DNA of 64,000 nt, from the NCBI GenBank assembly GCA_964529745.1, contig CAZGZR010000004.1, positions 551 to 64,550 of the forward strand, written 5' to 3'. Made by a program: the position numbers and the translations under genes. The stretch comes from an uncultured Candidatus Bathyarchaeia archaeon (GTDB lineage: Archaea > Thermoproteota > Bathyarchaeia > TCS64). This document shows positions 56,329 to 64,000 of this stretch, in pieces (position 1 is the first letter of the stretch; each line of letters starts with the position of its first letter). The notes under the pieces were generated by a model. The model had not been told where the DNA came from and did no database searches. It was given only the letters and a program-made list of their open reading frames with translations.

Positions 56329-56877
56329 GTGCGGATATCCGCACGAACTCTTTCCTGTTTGGATATCCGAACAAGAAGGCGAAGACCGTCTTCACCTAAG
56401 GAGTTAATATTATCGATGGATCAGTTTTCCTAACTATGCTTGAGCCGTATGGCGCCCACTTTAGTATCTTGACGTCTATTGCGTTAAGTAGATCGACGTG
56501 CTTCCAGTAAACCGGATGTGTCTTTCTCTTGGCTATGATCCCTCTCTGCGTGAGCCTGTTCAGTGAGCGGTTCACCGAGTACCTGACATCTTCGTAGGGG
56601 CGCCCAGGAGGCCAGTCAGGATCCCCCATGTGAGCCATCCCATAATATATGCGTTGATCTAACGGTAGCCTCTCGAAGAGCTTACAGTATTTGGCGACGT
56701 CGGGGTATAGTGCACAGGTTACTTCCTTTGTTGTCATCCAGCCCTTGTTCTCCTTGAGGATGCGAAGGATATCCCGCTGTTCGTTGCTTAGTCCTCTTCC
56801 CATTTCTATCGGTATCAGAGTTAGAGTGATACCATTAAAAAGTTTGCGGGTTGGCCTATACGTTCGGATATCCTAAT
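56329..56877. promoter_or_regulatory. Three GGATATCC-centred palindromes (56329-56344, 56356-56373, 56862-56877)
   Basis: GTGCGGATATCCGCAC perfect; TGTTTGGATATCCGAACA; GTTCGGATATCCTAAT. Confidence 0.5.
56396..56803 (-). CDS. Winged-helix regulator with insertion
   Basis: LSNEQRDILRIL..MTTKEV...SVNRSLNRLTQRGII. Confidence 0.7.
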   Translation of the reverse strand: MGRGLSNEQRDILRILKENKGWMTTKEVTCALYPDVAKYCKLFERLPLDQRIYYGMAHMGDPDWPPGRPYEDVRYSVNRSLNRLTQRGIIAKRKTHPVYWKHVDLLNAIDVKILKWAPYGSSIVRKTDPSIILTP

Positions 56878-57047
56878 GAGAACGTATTATCCATATTAGC
56901 GAAACGGTGGTGGTAAAATTAACATGTTTAATGAAAACAGGGCTGAGGCTAGATCATGGGCTGCTGAAAAACATGGGTAGAATTAACAGATTTGTGTAAC
57001 CGTTAATCAATAATACTTCCTCTTGTGCCCGCACGAGAAAAAAGGGT

Positions 57048-57302
57048 TTAGAGGTTTAGTTCGCCTAGAACCTTTCCGTCCTGGTGATAGTGTTCCTTGA
57101 GGGCTTTCTTCAATGGGGCCAGGGCGTAATCGATCTCTATCTCCCGGACGTAGCCTATTGCGTTATCCCTCTCGGCGACCACTATAGCCATGATAGTCTC
57201 TGTTATGGCTGAAGCTTGCTCGGGCTCCATGATTCCGCTTAAGCGGTCTCGAAGGACGTCTAGCTGAGCCTCTGCCTCTTCTGATAAAGTAGGGTCTTTC
57301 AA
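57048..57302 (-). CDS. Hypothetical protein
   Basis: 84 aa, preceded by operator. Confidence 0.6.
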   Translation of the reverse strand: MKDPTLSEEAEAQLDVLRDRLSGIMEPEQASAITETIMAIVVAERDNAIGYVREIEIDYALAPLKKALKEHYHQDGKVLGELNL

Positions 57303-57323
57303 CTCAGAACCTCAGAATCAGGT

Positions 57324-57338
57324 TATACAACTTGTATA
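57324..57338. promoter_or_regulatory. Palindromic operator copy 3 (TATACAACTTGTATA)
   Basis: 21 bp upstream of start 57302. Confidence 0.75.
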
Positions 57339-57468
57339 TTTATCGTTTATGTGGAGAATGGCACCGCCGTAGAAATGGGAAGGGTCAGGATGCCTGAAGG
57401 GTGCCCTAGAGCCCTTCTTGAGGCCACACACTACGACGGTGCACAAATAAAGAAAAGGGCACCCGTGT

Positions 57469-58464
57469 TTATCGTTTGCGGTATCTGCTCCGATATTTCC
57501 TGAGGGTGTCCACCAGCTGGTCGACGTCGGCCTTGTTGTCGCAGAGTCGGCTAACACGTACCGCCTGCCGGACGTTCTCGGTGCCGAGGTCGCTACAAAC
57601 CTTCTCAGCTATGTACCTGGCTAAGTCTTCCGGTGTGCCTCCCATGATTAAAAGGTTGGTGGAGACGTTGAGAAACTGTTCCCGGGTGTACTCAGAGAAA
57701 TACAGCTGCTCAAACCTGCTAAGCAACTCGGCGCTGAGCCCCTTGACCGTATTAGCCGCCGCGAACACGACGGTTCCCAGCTGATCCTCTCGGTACCGCT
57801 GATACATGGTCTCGATAACCCTGCCGGTCTCCATGAGGCTAAGCAGCGGCGCGACGTCACGGTTACGGAGCTTATCGATCTCGTCTATGAGAAGAATCCT
57901 AGGCCGGTAACCCATGAGAAAATCGCTTAACCCTGGACCGGTTAGTCTGGACCCCAGCAGATAGTAGCTTCCAGGTATGCGTTCGAGCTCCATGAGGAAA
58001 AGCGTCTTAGCGCTTGCCGGCGGCCCATAAAGAAGCCAGTTGACGCGAACACCCATGTCGAGGGTGCGACGCAGCTGCTGTTTAACGTCGTCGTACCCTA
58101 TCACGCTGCTGAATAGGTCCGCCGGCGCCGTCGGTATCGTTACGGGGGCCGCGTCCTCCAGTTGGTTGACACCCACAGCCATGAGTGCCTCAGGTATGGC
58201 TTTAGGGTGCATGGTGACGTACCCGGTGCCGCTGTTAGACTTGTACACGCGCCGGAGAATCCCCCGAAGGTGCATAAGGTGCAGCAGCGGGGGGCTTATC
58301 GGCGGGCTGAAACTGTCCCACTGCCATCCCAACGTAAAAAAATAGGGGTCCTGGTAGTGCTTTTTCTCATAATCGTGAATGCGCTCAAGGTCCCCAGTGA
58401 CATTGGGGCGTTCATCAAGCAGCCTCAGTATCTCGATGACCACGGGTACCTTATCGATCTCCAA
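57469..58464 (-). CDS. AAA+ ATPase with N-terminal helical/wH domain
   Basis: YGPPASAKT, LLIDEIDK, AAAN, LLSRF. Confidence 0.88.
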   Translation of the reverse strand: MEIDKVPVVIEILRLLDERPNVTGDLERIHDYEKKHYQDPYFFTLGWQWDSFSPPISPPLLHLMHLRGILRRVYKSNSGTGYVTMHPKAIPEALMAVGVNQLEDAAPVTIPTAPADLFSSVIGYDDVKQQLRRTLDMGVRVNWLLYGPPASAKTLFLMELERIPGSYYLLGSRLTGPGLSDFLMGYRPRILLIDEIDKLRNRDVAPLLSLMETGRVIETMYQRYREDQLGTVVFAAANTVKGLSAELLSRFEQLYFSEYTREQFLNVSTNLLIMGGTPEDLARYIAEKVCSDLGTENVRQAVRVSRLCDNKADVDQLVDTLRKYRSRYRKR

Positions 58465-58466
58465 GT

Positions 58467-58661
58467 CTAACCCTCACTTGAAACGAGCTCAGTTGGGTAC
58501 CATTTCCCGTCTTTAATGACGATATGCCCCTCACGGTCTAGTTCAAGCAGCTTCATGCTCCAGGAGTTTTTCCCTAGGTGTAGATGATCGGCTAACTCAA
58601 GGCCGTTGAAACGGCCGGGGTTCTCTCGTATAGCGTTTAGTGCTCGGTCCTTGTTTGTCAA
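58467..58661 (-). CDS. Small wHTH protein
   Basis: AIRENPG..GLELADHL...LLELDREGHI; start approximate. Confidence 0.55.
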   Translation of the reverse strand: MTNKDRALNAIRENPGRFNGLELADHLHLGKNSWSMKLLELDREGHIVIKDGKWYPTELVSSEG

Positions 58662-58663
58662 GT

Positions 58664-60148
58664 CTACGCAACCGCCTCTAACTCTAACTCGTGTAGCTTC
58701 TTTATGTAACGCTGATACTGATTTAACCGGTCCTCGGGAGCGCAGTTGATGCAGTTGATAGATCCGTCCTCCAGTCTGATCTCGCGGCCGTCGGGTATAG
58801 CGGCGCCGCATTCCTCACAGGTGTAGCCTTCAACCGCTGGTGTGGGTTTAGCCGGGGGCTCGGGCTCCGGTATAGGTTCGGGCGCCGGCTCGATGGGTTC
58901 AGTGGGTTCTATTATCTGTCTACTTGATAAGAATAACCTTGTGTGCTCTTCTCCGTATATCGATCCCTCGTTCGCTCGCCAGATAGTCCCGTCCAGGTCC
59001 TTGTAGTCCATACTTGGATTCTTTAACTTGTTTATTGCCCTCTTCAATGCGTCGACGGCCGTGATCCCCCGGAAATGGGTCCAGGGGTGTGACTCATAGC
59101 CTGCAGCGGGGGAAATAGAAACTATGGGGCTGCCTCGAATATTATCCTTATCCTTGATGGATATGCTGTACTTGTGGTGTATCAGGTCTCTTAACTCGTT
59201 GTAGAGTTCGTCGATGGTCTCCACCGTTTCTTTAGTACGAGATAAAGGTTCGCCTTTACAATAGGGACAAACTATATCCGACTTGGATATGGTTTTTCCG
59301 CAGTGTCCGCAGCGGTACACTATCTCCAGGGGCTTATACAGCGTCGGAACAGGGCTCCAGTCTACCCACTCGGCGCCTAGATAGTTTCCGCCTATACAGG
59401 GGGCAATGTAATAGTATAGGTGACCCCTGTAGATCTCCGCGTCTACCTTGATGGGCATATCCGTAGATAGGGAAAGGGTTACTACCTCGGCTATTTTGCA
59501 CACCTGGTTAAAGAAGGGCGCTAAGTAGCCTACACTGAAGTTAGCTATTTGATGGGTACCGGCGTTGTCGTTATACTTGAGCTCTAGTATGTGGTCACTG
59601 CTTCTTTTGAGGGGTATATCCTCAGCGGATTCGTCGTCGTTGGCCCCAAACTTAACCTGATCCTCGGATAGTTTGATGCTGAAATGCTCGTAGCCGTTAA
59701 AGTCCTTCAAGACGGATCTAATAGACTCGGTTACTAGGCGTACCTCGGACTTGTAGAATATCCTGGGCTCGGGAACCTCCTCGTCGGGGGGCTCCAGTAA
59801 AGGGATCCGTTTCTCTCTGCGTAGATCGTCCGTGTAGACGAAAAGCAGCCGGCCTTTCTCCTCCTCTAACTCGATGGTTAACATGGCGTCCAGCTTCTTA
59901 GCGTTTGACCGGAAAACCGTGTTACGCGCCTTCACGACATTAAAGAAAAGGGTCCTCGTCTCGGTGCACTCGTACACGTCAAAAGCGTCCGCCGGGATCT
60001 CGAGGTCAAGGAGCCCCATGTGGCCGGGGTCCATTGTCACTAGGGTTACCTTGTCGGGGTAGAACGTAAAACGCGCCTCCTCAACTAAGGTACCCACTAC
60101 ATAGAGCAAATCCCGAATAAACTCGGGTCTACTTGTTTCTAACCTCAT
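58664..60148 (-). CDS. pcn: PCNA sliding clamp with ~245-aa C-terminal extension
   Basis: MDPGHMGLL, LSTDMPIK, YYIAP core; then Zn ribbon, unknown domain, P/E linker, CEEC..CINC. Confidence 0.88.
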   Translation of the reverse strand: MRLETSRPEFIRDLLYVVGTLVEEARFTFYPDKVTLVTMDPGHMGLLDLEIPADAFDVYECTETRTLFFNVVKARNTVFRSNAKKLDAMLTIELEEEKGRLLFVYTDDLRREKRIPLLEPPDEEVPEPRIFYKSEVRLVTESIRSVLKDFNGYEHFSIKLSEDQVKFGANDDESAEDIPLKRSSDHILELKYNDNAGTHQIANFSVGYLAPFFNQVCKIAEVVTLSLSTDMPIKVDAEIYRGHLYYYIAPCIGGNYLGAEWVDWSPVPTLYKPLEIVYRCGHCGKTISKSDIVCPYCKGEPLSRTKETVETIDELYNELRDLIHHKYSISIKDKDNIRGSPIVSISPAAGYESHPWTHFRGITAVDALKRAINKLKNPSMDYKDLDGTIWRANEGSIYGEEHTRLFLSSRQIIEPTEPIEPAPEPIPEPEPPAKPTPAVEGYTCEECGAAIPDGREIRLEDGSINCINCAPEDRLNQYQRYIKKLHELELEAVA

Positions 60149-60173
60149 TTTCTTGTGGCCTCCACCCTGAAAA

Positions 60174-60188
60174 TATACAACTTGTATA
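60174..60188. promoter_or_regulatory. Palindromic operator copy 4 (TATACAACTTGTATA)
   Basis: 25 bp upstream of the PCNA start. Confidence 0.75.
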
Positions 60189-60202
60189 TTTAACAGTTAA
60201 GG

Positions 60203-60222
60203 GGTGTAGCGATCGCTACACC
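60203..60222. terminator. Perfect 20-bp palindrome GGTGTAGCGATCGCTACACC
   Basis: Lies just past the stop of 60232..60366; terminator role is inferred. Confidence 0.4.
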
Positions 60223-60231
60223 AGGTTAATT

Positions 60232-60366
60232 TTAAGCACCTTCAAGAAAACGGTGCAGGTCCTCACGTTCACGACGCCGTCGGCGCCATCGACGTATAGG
60301 CTCCACTGCTACATAACCCAGCACAAAAAGAATGTAGATGATACAGACTAAGGTACAGGGGTTCAT
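60232..60366 (-). CDS. Small TM + poly-Arg peptide (not in ORF track)
   Basis: MNPCTLVCIIYILFVLGYVAVEPIRRWRRRRRERE..., ATGA overlap. Confidence 0.55.
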   Translation of the reverse strand: MNPCTLVCIIYILFVLGYVAVEPIRRWRRRRREREDLHRFLEGA

Positions 60367-60517
60367 GGGTTGTACGGCTCGATCGTTATTCTAATCAGGT
60401 CAGGGATTTTGAGGGTTTCTTTAACCCACTCGGCTGTATCGTCCTGACTCATGACGTCCTCACTCTCCTGGTCCTCAGTCTTCAAGAGGGTATAGAAAAG
60501 CTTAGAATCCGGCACGT

Positions 60518-60832
60518 CTAACCGCCTCGTGCCGCACTTAGCTTTTTTTCTACCGTCTCGGTTATGTGGTCCCATAGTTGGGGCTCAGTCATGACGGCTG
60601 CATAAAGCCTACGGTGTCCACCCTTACCGGTGGTTTCGGTGAAGTCGCATACAGTTTCGTCGACCATAGCGTTTAAGAAGTTGATAACTGAGGCTCGACT
60701 GATCGATCCCCTGGTCTCAGGGGACAGTCCTAACAGGTCGTTGACTTTTAGCCATACGTCCCGTGAAGACAGGTTTTTATTGGAACCCCAGAGTATACGC
60801 AGCATTTCCTTCTGGTAGTCCTTAAAGATCAT
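60518..60832 (-). CDS. BlaI/MecI/CopY-like winged-helix regulator
   Basis: MLRILW...SSRDVW...SRASVINFLN.MV...RLY. Confidence 0.7.
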   Translation of the reverse strand: MIFKDYQKEMLRILWGSNKNLSSRDVWLKVNDLLGLSPETRGSISRASVINFLNAMVDETVCDFTETTGKGGHRRLYAAVMTEPQLWDHITETVEKKLSAARGG

Positions 60833-60888
60833 TTCTAAGCCCTCCTGTGATAGGTCCAGAGATAAACTTGTTATTTTTTTTCCCTCCT

Positions 60889-61412
60889 TTACTTTTTATT
60901 CTGCCTCTCAGCTAAATTAGCTGAGGTCTCGGCTGTACCTTTCACCTGGTAAAACAGGTAACCCCCAGGGGCCACCACGAGATCAACGCTGTACTGTGGA
61001 ACCTCTACACACGCGACGGCCTGAGTTAACCGGTTCAACACCTGGATCGCCTCTTCTCTGGCTGCAAACTCTGACCGTCTACGCCTCAGGTAACCCTCAT
61101 AGCTGTACGGTATACCCCAAGCGGCATAAGCAGCCCTGGCCAACGCCTCCAGACAAAACCTTGAGGTCTGGACCCGGATCGGCTTATGGACCCCATAGCA
61201 CACCAGATCACCATTTCCGGCCTTTTCCAGCTGCTCGCCGCATACACCGCATTTTATGCTGAGCCCCGGCGCGTCCACGCTGGGCTCCAGCGCCGGCGCG
61301 TATTGTGCTATTGGGTAGGGCTCGATCGTGAACCATAACCAGCGCCGGGGGATAACCCCCCAGGGCTTAGCAGTGGGCAGCTTAGCTTTTAACGGATAGA
61401 TCATGAGCCCCA
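60889..61412 (-). CDS. Zn-ribbon hypothetical protein
   Basis: CGVCG...C..H; start approximate. Confidence 0.55.
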
Positions 61413-61415
61413 GGG

Positions 61416-62111
61416 TCACCTGTTGAAGTGTTGGGCCCAATACTCGGGGCGTAGTATCTCGCTGTGATCGAAACCGTCGGAGTCGCATAACTCCTTATAG
61501 AAACGGCCTAGGGGCGTAGGGTATTCTTTAATCCCCTCGGCCGTCTCAGCGTAGGCGTCCTTTTTCGGTAGGTTGATCAGCTCTATGTAAACGTCCCCGT
61601 CTCTCCAGTTTAGCAGCGTTATGAGATCGTTAATGGCCTCGAGGTCCTGGGTGTAGTTGTCGATCGCTATGTATGCGTAAAAGCCCCAGTGGTCCTTATT
61701 CCAGTCGCTGGCCCATATCTTGATCCAGTCGCCTGGCGGCTCAGCGTTAACGGTGTTCCAAAAGCCCTTATACTTCAATGCGTAGGGCTTAGCCTTCAGC
61801 TGCTCCTCAAGGTGCCGGCGCCGGTCCTCGCCTCGTTTTAATCCGTTCCCTGGCGTGTGGTGCCTGTACAGGTAGCCGTCGACGGGCTCCCCGTTGACCT
61901 CCTTATGGTCTAGGCATCCCTCGCAGCGCTCCTTAGTGATCCGATATAGGCACGTCATACAGGTGATCAGGGGCGTATCAGTGGTGAAACTTATCTTGCA
62001 GCTTATGCACCGGTAGATCCCCTGATCGGGGTCTTCGCATGTTACCCAGCGGCCTAATCCGCAGCTGGGACATTTCCCACTCGTTGAGTGGGTTAGTTGT
62101 GTGGCCTCCAT
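61416..62111 (-). CDS. Cys-rich (multi-Zn) hypothetical protein
   Basis: CPSC, CISC, CMTC, CEGC. Confidence 0.65.
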   Translation of the reverse strand: MEATQLTHSTSGKCPSCGLGRWVTCEDPDQGIYRCISCKISFTTDTPLITCMTCLYRITKERCEGCLDHKEVNGEPVDGYLYRHHTPGNGLKRGEDRRRHLEEQLKAKPYALKYKGFWNTVNAEPPGDWIKIWASDWNKDHWGFYAYIAIDNYTQDLEAINDLITLLNWRDGDVYIELINLPKKDAYAETAEGIKEYPTPLGRFYKELCDSDGFDHSEILRPEYWAQHFNR

Positions 62112-62129
62112 GTTTCCACCGTATAAGCT

Positions 62130-62144
62130 TATACAACTTGTATA
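62130..62144. promoter_or_regulatory. Palindromic operator copy 5 (TATACAACTTGTATA)
   Basis: 18 bp upstream of start 62111. Confidence 0.75.
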
Positions 62145-62183
62145 TTTAACGTTTAAGGCTATGTTTATGTTTAAGAAAAGGGG

Positions 62184-62639
62184 TTACTCGGGCCGGTATT
62201 TCTCGGGACCCTCGGTTAAAACGCCTCGATCGCTTATCTCGTGTTCGCACTCGCAACACTCGACGACTCCATAGGTATCACCTGGCTCGACGTTTTCGTA
62301 TCGGCCGGTTTCTGGGTTAAATTCCCAGGTGCTGCGCTCCTGATAGTACACAGTCTTAAGCGGACGACAACACTGGGGACAATAGGGCGGCGCGTAGACT
62401 CGGGGCGCCTGATCCATCTTAACCTCCAGAGTCTTTAGATAGGGTATAGACTCAGCTATTAAATCAAGGGCCTGGGGGATCGTTGAAGTGTCCCCCAGGT
62501 TGTCGCCGTTCATGCCTCCAGCTGGGTTAACGTAGTGGTAACCTACCGAGTATGGTTTCTCCGAGTCCTCCAGGTTGTGATAGATCACTACCGTAAGGGC
62601 CTCGTTATCCTTTTTTGGTTCTTTACTCACGTCGATCAC
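62184..62639 (-). CDS. Zn-ribbon hypothetical protein
   Basis: CPQC, CCEC. Confidence 0.6.
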   Translation of the reverse strand: MIDVSKEPKKDNEALTVVIYHNLEDSEKPYSVGYHYVNPAGGMNGDNLGDTSTIPQALDLIAESIPYLKTLEVKMDQAPRVYAPPYCPQCCRPLKTVYYQERSTWEFNPETGRYENVEPGDTYGVVECCECEHEISDRGVLTEGPEKYRPE

Positions 62640-63004
62640 CTGGGCCTGTGATCTGGGTACAACATGGACCCAGTTAATTGAACCATGTAGTCGCGGCCGC
62701 TCATTGCCTCGACGTACTCGATGATTGCGTTTTGCTTAGACGCCTCCAGCTGCTCGAACCGGATCACGTCATGCGCCAGCATAATCGTTAAGTCGCAGCT
62801 GTAACAAGCGGCGCACCGTTCGCAGTAATCGACGGTTTTACCTTTTCTGAAACGCTGGATTATACGCTTAGCGTGATCGGCGGTGTGATATCCTATAGAT
62901 CCGTCGACCATAGCTGCGATAACCCAGGTTTCGCCTTTCTCTTTTAGGGCCGCGTCGATCAACTCGATGCGGTCCTTTTCCGTTTCTGTGGCCTCATTGT
63001 TCAC
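62636..63004 (-). CDS. Hypothetical protein
   Basis: CERCAAC; start moved to GTG 63004 because the longer ORF begins inside the operator. Confidence 0.6.
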   Translation of the reverse strand: MNNEATETEKDRIELIDAALKEKGETWVIAAMVDGSIGYHTADHAKRIIQRFRKGKTVDYCERCAACYSCDLTIMLAHDVIRFEQLEASKQNAIIEYVEAMSGRDYMVQLTGSMLYPDHRPR

Positions 63005-63018
63005 TAACGAACACCGTT

Positions 63019-63033
63019 TATACAAGTTGTATA
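63019..63033. promoter_or_regulatory. Palindromic operator copy 6 (TATACAAGTTGTATA)
   Basis: 14 bp upstream of GTG 63004. Confidence 0.75.
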
Positions 63034-63664
63034 ATTTGGATATAAACCTTTTTTTTTAAAAAAAAGTTTAATTGATAGGGATCGATTTATCCAGGTTACC
63101 CAGGTTATTGTTACAAAACCGCACAGTTTTGTAATACCCAAATAATGCGTTATTTTGATAATAATCGAATTGATAATAAATTGTCTCATTTTTTTAAAAA
63201 ATTTTTTTTTTCAAAAAATAATATAGGTTATTTCTCCATAATCCCTTTAATTTTCCTATCAGCTGCTTAGTCATGAACCTGGAAAAAGCGATAATCGACG
63301 ATTACGCGGATCAAGTCATGTTTGAGGTTGAATTAATAAAGTCGCTTATGAAGGATAACAACCTGGAGACACTGAAACATTTTAGGGCCTTATCCCAGGA
63401 CGATCGATCACTCGTTTTAGACTTGTATCGGTAATCTCTTTTTTTTCCCTGACCGTCAACGTATTGACGTCTATCAATGTTTCTACGATCCATGCATGCC
63501 TAAGATATATTGAGATCTATCAATATTTTCTGGGGCCCTCGTGTTCGAGATCATGATGGTTGGGCGTCCAATATTTTAGCGGTCAGGACCCCCCCAAGAA
63601 CATCTTTAGGAGGACCCCCCGAGCGCGGGGGCTCCGTGATCCCGTATAATTTTTGTTTCTACGT

Positions 63665-64000
63665 CTACTTTCCAGCTGGCGTTTCCAGGTGTTGATAAAC
63701 CTGACTCATATCCTGGACCATACCCATGATCTCCCGGGCCTCTAGGGCGCCCTCCCGGTACGCCTCGAACTCTCCGGGGCTCACGGTCCTGAGGGCTTCC
63801 AGGAACTCGCCGGCGTGCACGAGCTCCTCCCTGGTTATGTCCAAGTATAGCTTCTCCAGGTGCCCCATGTCTGGGGGTAGGGCCTCAGCTATCTGTTCGT
63901 AGAGCTGGACGGCTTCGTACTCAGCCGCTACGCTTAGCCTTATGGCCCGGGCTGCCTCGTCGGGGGTGAACTTCCTAGGATACCTAGTGACTGAAGAGGG
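63665..64000 (-). CDS. Ferritin-like (rubrerythrin/encapsulin-associated Flp type) protein, 5' partial
   Basis: RAIRLSVAAEYEAVQLYEQ...DITREELVHAGEF di-iron motifs; frame open to the window edge. Confidence 0.85.
   Translation of the reverse strand, partial: PSSVTRYPRKFTPDEAARAIRLSVAAEYEAVQLYEQIAEALPPDMGHLEKLYLDITREELVHAGEFLEALRTVSPGEFEAYREGALEAREIMGMVQDMSQVYQHLETPAGK

Larger units (their letters stand above)
1..64000. mobile_element. Segment of a large archaeal virus/provirus (probably tailless; host likely Bathyarchaeia/TACK-like)
   Basis: Dense orphan operons, own MCM/PCNA/TFB, tyrosine integrase, DNA MTases, HNH, intein, beta-helix spike, no core translation genes. Host assignment is inference. 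Confidence 0.8.

Noticed and set aside
56356-56373. Bacterial parS site
   Set aside because: Only the TGTT/AACA ends match; length and core differ
338-62438. Numerous antisense or alternate-frame ORFs in the track (e.g. 338..676, 7782..8276, 13642..14097, 38169..38609, 48986..49504)
   Set aside because: They overlap better-supported genes and show no motifs

Overview
The window reads as part of a large archaeal virus or provirus genome, with no rRNA, tRNA, CRISPR array or ribosomal-protein genes. The host is probably TACK/Bathyarchaeia-like, inferred from the MCM, TFB and PCNA sequences. Layout: (i) 1-2.9 kb, small Cys-rich genes; (ii) 3.2-8.9 kb, a clan-CD protease, a holin-like protein, a HiPIP-like protein and a beta-helix spike/structural block; (iii) 8.9-17.9 kb, a glycosylation and sugar-decoration cluster with an inserted HNH gene and a frameshifted phosphatase/sulfatase-family gene; (iv) 18-24 kb, candidate capsid operon, subtilase and small membrane proteins; (v) 24.6-26.6 kb, Mrp ATPase-SCP2-UbiA operon; (vi) 26.6-33 kb, orphans including an intein inside a CxxC motif; (vii) 33-44.4 kb, ParB-like HTH, PAPS-reductase-like protein, candidate origin, wHTH-MCM, radical SAM, two DNA methyltransferases and an SNJ2-type integrase; (viii) 44.4-64 kb, HerA-like ATPase, TFB, Cas2/VapD-like, ASCH, AAA+, extended PCNA, BlaI-like regulator and a ferritin-like gene. 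Signals not explained by the ORF track: a 155-bp imperfect palindrome upstream of wHTH-MCM, preceded by a hairpin whose loop is exactly complementary (14 nt) to a site about 100 bp downstream; six promoter-proximal TATACAAnTTGTATA palindromes; and short peptide tags shared between otherwise unrelated proteins, two of them differing only at synonymous codon positions. All family calls come from motif recognition by eye; no searches were run.
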